From Armatimonadota bacterium (GTDB lineage: Bacteria; Armatimonadota; Zipacnadia; Zipacnadales; UBA5352): a stretch of DNA of 15,076 nt. Below, in pieces: positions 1-7,581 of the stretch (position 1 is its first letter; each line of letters begins with the position of its first letter). The stretch spans positions 1 to 15,076 of the forward strand of contig JAYENL010000023.1 in NCBI GenBank assembly GCA_034722055.1. Direction: 5' to 3'. Made by a program: the position numbers and the translations under genes. The notes beneath the pieces were generated by a model that was given only the letters and a program-made list of their open reading frames with translations, had not been told where the DNA came from and did not search any database.

Positions 1-2449
1 TGGCGGCCCCGTGGTCGGTCCGATGCACCCCGAGGCGGATCTCAACGTCGTCAACGTAGAGCCCTCGATGCCAGAACAGATCCAGGTCCTCGGGGCGCGG
101 CTGCCAGCCGCTGCCCGCGCCGGCCCAGGTGTGGGCGTCGATGATCCCCACGTAGGGGAGGGTGGGCGGGTCGGCCCGGGACCGCTCGTGATCGGCGCAC
201 CAGGCGCTAACATCCCGGAACGCCGCCTCACCGCCCTCGCAGGCCAGTGCGAGCTGTCCGGGCGCCACGGCGTCGTCAGCGGCCCTGAGCGCCTCCTGGC
301 CGTCCACGCGCACGCGGACGCGCCCCCCTTCCATGGTGGCCGAGAGCTCCCGCCACTCGCCGGGGCCGCCGCCGAGGGCCCTCTCGGCGAGCACCGTGCG
401 CCGCCCGTCGGCCACTCGCGCCAGGACGAGTCGCAGGCCGTCCCGGCGCGCCAGGCCCACCTGGAAGTAGTCGCGCGGGCTGTGATAGCGCAGCAGAAGG
501 CTGGCCTGCCGCGCCTGGCCGAGCCGCATGGCGGCTGACGCATGCACGTTCGTCAGCGGCCTCATGGACGCCACCACGCAGGCCGAGCCGGTCGGCTGCA
601 GGGCGATTCCGTCTCTGAGGGGCTTCAGGCGACCGCGCTCGACCCGCCAGGCGCCGTCGCCGTCCAGGGGCAGCGGCAGAGCCTCCCAGGGCCCCACACG
701 CGCATCGTCGAAGAACGCCGAGCCCCCGCGGAGGCGCAGGCCCACCATGCCCCGACCGCGCAGCGCCTCGTTTGCGACGCGCAGAACCTCGCGGCCGTTG
801 AGATCACACAGAGCCCGACCGCGGGAGACGCGCAGGCGAAGCTGGTGCCAGCGATCCCGGGCCGCCTCCACCGGCGAGGAGGCCAGCACGCGCTCGCCCG
901 CCGGCTGCATCCGGATCAGCTCCAGCGAGGCGTGGCCCTTCTCAGGCAGGCGCAGTCGCAGCTCCAGGTAGTCCTTCTCGTCCCACCAGTGCGCCAACAG
1001 GGAGACGGACTGGGCCTGTGGCCGGACGGCTACCGAGTAGTCGTAGTCGTCCCAGAACCAGTAGCCGGCCAGGGCGGTGGCGACGGCGTCGGACTGTGCG
1101 TGGAAGGCGAAGGGGTTGGCGCCGTGCTCCGGCTCGCCCTCGACCTGGAAGAGCTTCCAGGTGCCGGAGGGCGTCTGCCAGGGGTTGGCACCGCCCTCGG
1201 CGCGCATGAAGTCATCCTCGAACACCACCGGCGCGCACGGCTGCAGGAAGGCCTCCTGAAGCCCGCTCGCGGCGAAGCTGCCGGCCATGGGCTCCAGCGG
1301 CGCCATCAGCAGCGCGCTGCCGCGCGCGAAGACGGTGACGCTGTGGGGGCGGCGACGCACCACCACCTCCAAGGGCTCTCTCGTGGCTGGCAGGGGCGCC
1401 TCTGCGAGCCGCCGCTCGTGGCCGTCGGCCACCGCAGCCAACTGCACGCGCCCCTCGGCGATCCGCAGGATTCGATACCAGCGCGTGTTGAACCAGGGCA
1501 GCATCACCTTCGCGGAGCCGCCGGCCGGGAGCGTGCCGACCAGCGCCACGTCCTCCGGCGCATCCTCGGGAAGCTCCAGGGCCTCAAAGCCCTCCGGCAG
1601 GTCCTCGGGCGTCTCCTCGCGGGGAGCCGGGCGGGCGGTCTGCTCCTCGACCTTCGGCGACCACCGGATCTGCGGCAGCAGCCGCTCGCCCTCGTGGGAG
1701 CTGGGCAGCTCGAAGGAGAAGCTCTCCCGCAGCGCCACGAAGCGCGGCACCAGCGCGCCCTGGCTGAAGTGCTCCAGCGCCGCCAGGATCGCCGGCTGCA
1801 GTTGCGGCGCGCGCAGCGCTAGGGGGAATGCGATGGGCGCGCCGGAGTAGAGCCACTGCCCGGTCCCGTGCTTGATCAGGATCATGGCCGGGAGGTCGGT
1901 GCGGCCGCCGGTAAGCTCGCCGCGGTACTTGTCCGGCACGCCATCGTCGGTGAAGTAGGCCAGCACGGTGGCGGCGTGGGCATCGGCGGGCGTGATCGCC
2001 ATGGCGTGGTGTCCCTGGGCGGTGATGGCGCCGGTGCCCCGCATCGCCCGGGCGATGGCGTGATCCACGTCGCGGAAGATGATGTTGGGGCTGCGCTTGG
2101 GCCCTCGCCGCTCGCCGGCGATGACGCTCTCGGGCGGGATGACGTGGGACTCGGTGAGTGCGTAGCCGCCGTCGGCCACGAAGTCGGCGACGGCCTGGGA
2201 GACCGCGCCGGCGTTGCTGACCGGGGCTGTGACGATAACCACCTTGAAGTCGGCCAGCACCTGGTGGTCGGCCAGCTCCTCGTCCGTGAGGTAGGCGCGT
2301 GGGAGCCCGTACTTCGCAAGCGTCCCCACGATCCCGGTGATGCGGCCGCCACCGATGGCGATGCGCCATCCCTCGGCGGGGAATGCCGCGGAGGCGAGGC
2401 ACACGGAGAGGCCTACGATGATGAGCCGGCGTGTGGTCTGGCTTCGCAT
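1..2449 (-). CDS. Large secreted multidomain protein, 3'-truncated by the window edge (at least 816 aa): signal peptide, class I GATase/ThuA-like alpha/beta domain, then tandem ConA-like/DUF1080-like beta-sandwich domains
   Basis: Manual translation from ATG at 2449 (MRSQTTRRLIIVGLSVCLASAAFPAEGWRIAIGGG...) is open to position 2 with no stop, so it is missing from the ORF track. It starts just after the upstream TAG (2459-2461). The N-terminus is Sec-like (basic, then hydrophobic). It has 'LADFKVVIV...AVADFVADGGYAL' and repeated motifs such as 'VFEDDF...W', 'WHQLRLRV..G......LNGREVL...G.VGL....SAFFDDARV' and 'WRELSATMEGGRVRVRVDGQEAL...GQLAL...AAFRDVSA'. Confidence 0.85.
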   Translation of the reverse strand, partial: MRSQTTRRLIIVGLSVCLASAAFPAEGWRIAIGGGRITGIVGTLAKYGLPRAYLTDEELADHQVLADFKVVIVTAPVSNAGAVSQAVADFVADGGYALTESHVIPPESVIAGERRGPKRSPNIIFRDVDHAIARAMRGTGAITAQGHHAMAITPADAHAATVLAYFTDDGVPDKYRGELTGGRTDLPAMILIKHGTGQWLYSGAPIAFPLALRAPQLQPAILAALEHFSQGALVPRFVALRESFSFELPSSHEGERLLPQIRWSPKVEEQTARPAPREETPEDLPEGFEALELPEDAPEDVALVGTLPAGGSAKVMLPWFNTRWYRILRIAEGRVQLAAVADGHERRLAEAPLPATREPLEVVVRRRPHSVTVFARGSALLMAPLEPMAGSFAASGLQEAFLQPCAPVVFEDDFMRAEGGANPWQTPSGTWKLFQVEGEPEHGANPFAFHAQSDAVATALAGYWFWDDYDYSVAVRPQAQSVSLLAHWWDEKDYLELRLRLPEKGHASLELIRMQPAGERVLASSPVEAARDRWHQLRLRVSRGRALCDLNGREVLRVANEALRGRGMVGLRLRGGSAFFDDARVGPWEALPLPLDGDGAWRVERGRLKPLRDGIALQPTGSACVVASMRPLTNVHASAAMRLGQARQASLLLRYHSPRDYFQVGLARRDGLRLVLARVADGRRTVLAERALGGGPGEWRELSATMEGGRVRVRVDGQEALRAADDAVAPGQLALACEGGEAAFRDVSAWCADHERSRADPPTLPYVGIIDAHTWAGAGSGWQPRPEDLDLFWHRGLYVDDVEIRLGVHRTDHGAA

Positions 2450-2458
2450 GGGTGATCT

Positions 2459-3922
2459 CTACCTGGTGTCCGTCCACATCTCTTGGATCGTCTCGATGGT
2501 CACGTCCGCCACCTGGCGCCCGCCTTCGGGCCCGATGGGCGTGCTTGCGGGCACTGAGCCGTAGCCCCCGCCGGCGACGGACCTGGCGCTGGGGACGTAG
2601 GTGCCCGCTCCGGCGAGCTGCACCAGGAACGTCTGCACCGCCGGGCTTCGGGCCTTGATGTAGGTGCCGAAGTCGAGGTAGTACTCGAACGGGTTGGTCC
2701 CGAACGCGACGTCGCCGAGTCGGACGACGTGGACCTCCACCGACCTGCGCGGGTCCTCCTGCTGCAGCTCGAAGCGTTCGGCCACTCCCTGATACCAGCG
2801 CATGCGGCGGTGGCACCTCGTGACATCAACGTACCAGCGCGGCTCGTCGCGAAGCTCCGGGTTCTCCTCCAGCGTCTGCATCTCAGCCTCATACCGCTGT
2901 CGCCAGACGGCGGCCTCCTCCTCGGCGGCCCGGACGTCATCCTCGGTCAGCGCGCGCAAGGGCACGGCCAGCGTCTTCAGCTCATGGTGCAGCCCCGGAG
3001 AGGCGTCCAGCGTACCGCCCAGGAAGCCCAGCACCTCCTCGACCGCGTCGGCGATCCGGTGGGCGATGTCCTCTCGCTCGCTGCGGCCCTTGAGCTGGAG
3101 CATACGCTCGGCCGCGCGCTTCTCGTAGATCGGGTGCGGCGACTGATCGCCGGCGGCGGAGGCCTGCGGCAGCACGAAGAGGTTCTCACCCAGGCGGCCG
3201 CGCAGCTCCTGGCGCGTCTCATGCCAGTAGTCGGCGCTGATGACGAACAGGGCCTCCGTCACCTGGGAGGGGCAGGGCACGTTGACGATCACGCCCGTCA
3301 GCTCATGCGCGGCGTCGTAGGTCGCCAGCAGGTTGACGCTGTGGTCCTCGTACCCCTCGATGTGGCTGAACTGGGGCGTGTCCGTGTCGCCGTACATCGT
3401 CGAGCGGCCGTCCACGTCCACCCATCGCCGGTTGCGGCCCACGACGGCGTATCCGAGGCCGAAGGCCACCGAGCCCTCCGCCCGGTCGTGCCAGGCCTCA
3501 CGTATCGCCGCCGCGATCCGCTCGGCGGCAAAGTCCACGTACTCGGCAATCTCCATGACGTCCAGAGCGACGCCTGCGTACGCCGAGGTGTGTCCGTCGC
3601 CGAAGCGCCTGTATCGAATCTCCGGCGCGGTGTGCGTGTGCGTGGCGTTCATGATGATCGCCTGCGCCCGGGGCCTCTCCGCCTCCAGGCGCTCCGTGAC
3701 CGCCTCGCGCAACTCGTCCGAGATCACGGCGAGATCGCAGCTTACGAAGACCACGTGCTCGTCATCCTGCTCCAGGGCGAGCACGGTCGCCGTAATCGGG
3801 TCCTGAACGCCCTCCGAGACGCGGGCGTGGAACTGCCCCGCGATCAGCGTCGGCTCGGGCGGGGTGATCTCGGTCTGAGACCAGCCGATCTTCAATCGCG
3901 CATCACTGTCACTGTGGCTCAT
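2459..3922 (-). CDS. Neutral/alkaline ceramidase N-terminal-domain-like hypothetical metallohydrolase
   Basis: 487 aa with typical motifs 'IGWSQTEITP', 'DPITATVLAL', 'FVSCDL', 'NATHTHTAP', 'GRNRR', 'AAGDQSP' and a C-terminal 'RLGDVAFGTNPFE...YVPS...GGYG'. SD-like AGGGAG lies upstream of the ATG. Confidence 0.75.
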   Translation of the reverse strand: MSHSDSDARLKIGWSQTEITPPEPTLIAGQFHARVSEGVQDPITATVLALEQDDEHVVFVSCDLAVISDELREAVTERLEAERPRAQAIIMNATHTHTAPEIRYRRFGDGHTSAYAGVALDVMEIAEYVDFAAERIAAAIREAWHDRAEGSVAFGLGYAVVGRNRRWVDVDGRSTMYGDTDTPQFSHIEGYEDHSVNLLATYDAAHELTGVIVNVPCPSQVTEALFVISADYWHETRQELRGRLGENLFVLPQASAAGDQSPHPIYEKRAAERMLQLKGRSEREDIAHRIADAVEEVLGFLGGTLDASPGLHHELKTLAVPLRALTEDDVRAAEEEAAVWRQRYEAEMQTLEENPELRDEPRWYVDVTRCHRRMRWYQGVAERFELQQEDPRRSVEVHVVRLGDVAFGTNPFEYYLDFGTYIKARSPAVQTFLVQLAGAGTYVPSARSVAGGGYGSVPASTPIGPEGGRQVADVTIETIQEMWTDTR

Positions 3923-3951
3923 AGCATCGTCTCCCTGCTGCGGCGGTCTCG

Positions 3952-4998
3952 CTACTGGCTCTTCTGCGCCTCTCGCACGGCGCCCATGTCCGTCATCTGC
4001 CTGGCCCGCGACTGCCGGATCTCGTACTGCAGCTCCTCGCCGCGGAAGAAGCGGTCGATCTCGTCGAGCATGGCCTCCATGTAGCGCGCGTCCCGGCCGG
4101 TGCCCGCGTAGTGCGGGCTGAGGATCACGTTGGGCAGCTCATTGAACGGGTGGTCATCCGGCAGCGGCTCCTTCTCGTAGACATCGAAGATGCCCATGAT
4201 GCGCCCGGTCTGCAGCTCCGCGAGCAGGGCGTCAGGCTGGATCAGCGGCGCCCGGCCCACGTTGATGATGATCGATCCGCTCTTCATCGCCCGGAGCTGC
4301 TCGGCGCCGACGCGCCCGGTGTTTTCCACCGTCATCCCGGCCAGCGTGAAGATCACGTCCGCCTCGCGGAAGAGGTCATCGAACTCCACCTTGCGCATGC
4401 CCCTCTCCGCCGCGTCCTCCTCGCTGAGGTGGCCGCTGACCACCAGCACCTGGCGCGGCTCGAATGGCCGCAGCATCTCCAGCACCCAGGAGGCGATGTC
4501 GCCGAAGCCCCAGATGCCGATGCGGCAGTCCTGTGGCACGCGCACCCGCCAGTCCTTGTAGTGGTTCATGGTCTCGCAGCGCGTGCCGAGCTTGATGTGA
4601 TCGTGGGCGCGGCGCAGGCCCATGAGCATCAGCATGATGCAGTGCTCCGCCACCGACCGGGCCATCAACGGATTAGCGGTACACACCCGCACGCCACGCT
4701 CGAAAATCTCCTCGGACACATAGGGTGCCACCGACCCGCCCACGTGGCCGACGATGCGCAGCGCCTCGTTGTTGGCCAGCAGCTTTGCATCGAGCTTCGG
4801 CGAGCCCCAGGTGGTGAGCAGGGCCTCGGCGTCCGCGATGATCTCCGCCCACTCCTGGGGCTCGATGGCCTCGCCGCGGTCGTTGATCCAGATGTCCCAC
4901 CCCAGCTCCCGAGCCCGGGCCGCGGAAGGGCCGCGGAAGAACCACTGCAGGGCGCTCTCACTCTGGTTCATGAAGTAGATCTTTGGGGAATCAGACAT
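3952..4998 (-). CDS. D-isomer-specific 2-hydroxyacid dehydrogenase (phosphoglycerate dehydrogenase-like family)
   Basis: Rossmann 'GIWGFGDIA' plus 'ARSVAEH', 'IINVGRAPLI', 'DVYEKEPLP' and 'SPHYAG' (Arg/Glu/His catalytic set). Start placed at ATG 4998, behind GAGAGGG, rather than the TTG at 5034 in the track. Confidence 0.9.
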   Translation of the reverse strand: MSDSPKIYFMNQSESALQWFFRGPSAARARELGWDIWINDRGEAIEPQEWAEIIADAEALLTTWGSPKLDAKLLANNEALRIVGHVGGSVAPYVSEEIFERGVRVCTANPLMARSVAEHCIMLMLMGLRRAHDHIKLGTRCETMNHYKDWRVRVPQDCRIGIWGFGDIASWVLEMLRPFEPRQVLVVSGHLSEEDAAERGMRKVEFDDLFREADVIFTLAGMTVENTGRVGAEQLRAMKSGSIIINVGRAPLIQPDALLAELQTGRIMGIFDVYEKEPLPDDHPFNELPNVILSPHYAGTGRDARYMEAMLDEIDRFFRGEELQYEIRQSRARQMTDMGAVREAQKSQ

Positions 4999-5124
4999 CT
5001 GTCTCGCCCTCTCGTTCCATTCGGTCGGGCTCAATCATCGAATACTGCGGGTCCGCGGGGAGTCCTTCGGCGGCGAGGAGGCGGGGACCTCGCGGGGCGC
5101 GGAGGTGATAGCATTGCCCACTGG

Positions 5125-5356
5125 CTTACCTTTACCCACAAGTTGGGGAGGGCTGTTGGCCGTGGAGGGGCCGCCTGAGGGCGCTCCTCAGGAGCGCGCG
5201 AAGTCGGCCCGCTGGGGGCGAAGTGACGCAATCGGCGGCCTGGACGGCCAAATGCCGGGCCGGCTTCGGCTCCAGCGAACGATGCTGGAGCCTCAGACGG
5301 CCCCTCCGGACGGCAGACAGCGAATCGCCACTCGCCACGATGTGGGTAAAGGTAAG
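5125..5356. mobile_element. Putative non-autonomous MITE of the IS4 family (IS50/Tn5-like ends), 232 bp
   Basis: Perfect 16 bp terminal inverted repeat CTTACCTTTACCCACA (5125-5140) / TGTGGGTAAAGGTAAG (5341-5356). It is immediately flanked by 9 bp direct repeats GCCCACTGG (5116-5124) and GCCCGCTGG (5357-5365), 8/9 identical. No credible transposase ORF inside. Confidence 0.75.
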
Positions 5357-5526
5357 GCCCGCTGGGGGGCGGGGCACTGCGCAGTCTCACGGAGAGTGCG
5401 AGCTGCTCACGGCACGCGGGCGAGGGCGCCCGGAGGCGCTTGGCGGCTCTCCCCGCAGCCACAGCCCCCGCCCGCGCCCCAAAGGACAGGAGCAATCAAG
5501 GCCGCCAGAAGCCGGGCGAAGCCACG

Positions 5527-5556
5527 TTGACAGGCTTTTTCGGTATGGCTTATAAT
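5527..5556 (+). promoter_or_regulatory. Sigma-70-type housekeeping promoter
   Basis: TTGACA (5527-5532), 18 nt spacer, TATAAT (5551-5556). Both hexamers are perfect consensus, about 80 nt upstream of the Gfo/Idh/MocA start. Confidence 0.85.
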
Positions 5557-5635
5557 CGCGGTGCCTCTGGAGGGCCGGTCCCCGACGCATCCAGGGGTGA
5601 GCGGGAGAGAACTGACGGCCAGCGAGGTGCTGACA

Positions 5636-6667
5636 GTGAGGGAGAGCCGCGGCTTCGGAGTCATCGGCACGGGCGTGTGGGGTGAGACGCACCTGATGAC
5701 CTACTCGACACACCCGGACGCGGAGCTGGTGTGCATTTGCGACCTCAACGAGGAGCTGGTGCGGCAGCGCGCCGAGCAGTACGGGGCCGGGCGCTGGACC
5801 ACTGACTACCAGGAGCTGCTGGCCGACGAGAGCATCGACGCCGTCTCCGTCGTCACCCCCGACTTCCTGCATCGCGAGATCGCCATTGCCGCCGCCGAGG
5901 CCGGCAAGGACGTGCTGCTGGAGAAGCCTATGGCCACCACTGTGGGGGATTGCCAGGCCATGATCGACGCGGCGGAGGCCAACGACGTGACGCTGATGGT
6001 GGACTTCCACAACCGGTGGAACCCGGCCATGTGGGGCATCAAGGAGAAGATCGTGTCCGGGGAGATGGGGGAGCCGCAGATGCTGACGGTGCGGCTCAAT
6101 GACACCATCTTCGTCCCCACGCAGATGCTGAGCTGGGCCGGGGACTCCACGGTGATCTGGTTTCTGGGCAGTCACGCCGTGGACCTGGTGAGGTGGCTGT
6201 TCGACGACGAGGTCTCACGGGTATACTCCGTGTCGCGCTCGGAGGTGCTGAAGGCCCGGGGGATCGACACCCCGGACTTCTTCCTGACCATCGCGGAGCT
6301 GGAGGGTGGGGGCGTGGCGCACGTCGAGACCTGCTGGATCATGTCCGAGGAGATGCCCACCGTCTTCGACTTCAAGCTGGAGATGATCGGCTCGGAGGGC
6401 ACGGCCTTCGCCGACGCCAGCTCGCACCGGATGCTGCAGACCTTCACTCCCGACGAGGGCGGGGAGTATCCGGACGTGGCTGTCGTCACCGACATCCAGG
6501 GCGTGCCCAACGGCTTCGGGGTTCAGAGCATTCGCCACTTCGCCGATTGCGTCATAGAGGGTCGGGAGCCGTCCGTCAGCCCGGGGGACGGACTGGAGAA
6601 CACGCGCGTTCTGGTCGCCATCCACGAGTCCGCGGAGAGCGGCCGGCCGGTCGAGATCGAGCGGTAA
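5636..6667 (+). CDS. Gfo/Idh/MocA family NAD(P)-dependent oxidoreductase
   Basis: 'FGVIGTGVWG', 'IDAVSVVTPDFLH', 'GKDVLLEKPMA', 'FHNRWNP', 'LGSHAVDL'. Start placed at GTG 5636, 6 nt behind GAGGTG; the track start at 5561 abuts the -10 box. Confidence 0.92.
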   Translation: MRESRGFGVIGTGVWGETHLMTYSTHPDAELVCICDLNEELVRQRAEQYGAGRWTTDYQELLADESIDAVSVVTPDFLHREIAIAAAEAGKDVLLEKPMATTVGDCQAMIDAAEANDVTLMVDFHNRWNPAMWGIKEKIVSGEMGEPQMLTVRLNDTIFVPTQMLSWAGDSTVIWFLGSHAVDLVRWLFDDEVSRVYSVSRSEVLKARGIDTPDFFLTIAELEGGGVAHVETCWIMSEEMPTVFDFKLEMIGSEGTAFADASSHRMLQTFTPDEGGEYPDVAVVTDIQGVPNGFGVQSIRHFADCVIEGREPSVSPGDGLENTRVLVAIHESAESGRPVEIER

Positions 6668-6693
6668 CACAAGCCGCCGGCAGTGCGGGGCAA

Positions 6694-6715
6694 GGCGGTC
6701 GAGGAGGCGACCGCC
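6694..6715 (+). other. Intergenic GC-rich hairpin (possible pause or mRNA-stability element)
   Basis: GGCGGTCG-AGGAGG-CGACCGCC, a perfect 8 bp stem 26 nt after the oxidoreductase stop, with no U-tract. Confidence 0.4.
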
Positions 6716-6787
6716 GGAGCTCATGAATCGTCACAGGTGCGCGGGGGGAAGGGGTAGTGGCAGGTGTCAGGGGATAGTCCCCAACTG

Positions 6788-7570
6788 ATGAAGACGGCTC
6801 TGTGCACGATCGCCTTCCGCGAGCGGCTGCTTGAGTACAGCCTGGATATCGCCTGCGAGGGGGGGCTGGACGGGGTGGAGATCTGGGGTCGAGAGCCCCA
6901 TATCTCCGAGGAGTACGACGCCAATCGCGTGGAGGCGGCCAGGAGGATGGTCGCCGACCGGGGGCTGAAGGTGGCGGTCTTCGGATCCTACGTGTGCCTC
7001 GGCGCGACGGAGAGGGACAGCACGCCGCTGCGGGACGCGCTGCAGATCGCGGCTGGCCTGGACGCGCCGGTCATCCGGGTCTGGGCCAGCGACGTCGGGT
7101 CGGATGAGGCGGACGAGGACATCTGGAAGCAAACGGTCGAGGAGTGCGCCGGAGCCGCGGCTGCGGCCGAGAAGATGGGGATGCGGCTGGCGGCCGAGAT
7201 GCACAACAACACCCTGGCGGACACCGGCGAGAGCGCGCGCCGGCTGGTCGATGAAGTTGGCTCCGATCACTTCGGGCTGAATTACCAGGCCGCGCCGAGC
7301 CTCAACGGTGAGGCGGCGCTGGAGCGGCTGGAGCACGTTGTCCCTGACGTCTTCCACCTCCACGCCCAGAACTACGGCCCCCTCAACGGTGACCCCGAGC
7401 GCGTGGAGCGAGTGGCTCTGGCCGACGGCGTCATTAACTACGCGCCCCTTATCGATCGCTTGCGCCAGAGCGGCTACGGGGGATACGTGGCGGTGGAGTT
7501 CAGCCCCTCAAACTGCGAAGATAAGCGGGCCGCTGTCCTCCGTGACTGCATGTACCTGCGCAACCTGTGA
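6788..7570 (+). CDS. Sugar phosphate isomerase/epimerase family protein (xylose isomerase-like TIM barrel)
   Basis: 'GLDGVEIWG', 'APVIRVW', 'LAAEMH', 'HLHAQN', 'LADGVINY', 'GYGGYVAVEF'. ATG 6788 (MKTALCTIAF) preferred; GTG 6764 is the alternative. Confidence 0.88.
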   Translation: MKTALCTIAFRERLLEYSLDIACEGGLDGVEIWGREPHISEEYDANRVEAARRMVADRGLKVAVFGSYVCLGATERDSTPLRDALQIAAGLDAPVIRVWASDVGSDEADEDIWKQTVEECAGAAAAAEKMGMRLAAEMHNNTLADTGESARRLVDEVGSDHFGLNYQAAPSLNGEAALERLEHVVPDVFHLHAQNYGPLNGDPERVERVALADGVINYAPLIDRLRQSGYGGYVAVEFSPSNCEDKRAAVLRDCMYLRNL

Positions 7571-7581
7571 GGGTGGCTTCC

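Noticed and set aside
11..2455. Long plus-strand ORFs 11-538, 542-1822 and 1868-2455
   Set aside because: All are in codon register with the real minus-strand gene. They are antisense shadows typical of high-GC DNA, with no recognisable motifs.
2729..5178. Plus-strand ORFs 2729-4084 and 4111-5178, and similar long antisense ORFs elsewhere such as 10742-12634 minus
   Set aside because: They are shadows of well-supported genes on the opposite strand.
5125..5356. Invertible promoter (phase-variation switch)
   Set aside because: Disfavoured but not excluded. The flanking 9 bp direct repeat and IS50-like ends fit transposition, and I saw no recombinase gene nearby or clear promoter inside.
5031..5555. 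Short ORFs in the divergent intergenic region as a transposase or regulator
   Set aside because: Low-complexity Arg/Pro/Ala/Gly translations with no DDE or HTH motifs. The region is better explained by the inverted-repeat element and the promoter.
6694..6776. Rho-independent terminator, or a 17-codon ORF from ATG 6723 using the AGGAGG hairpin loop as its SD
   Set aside because: There is no U-tract after the stem, the SD-to-ATG spacing is 15 nt, and the peptide has no notable features.
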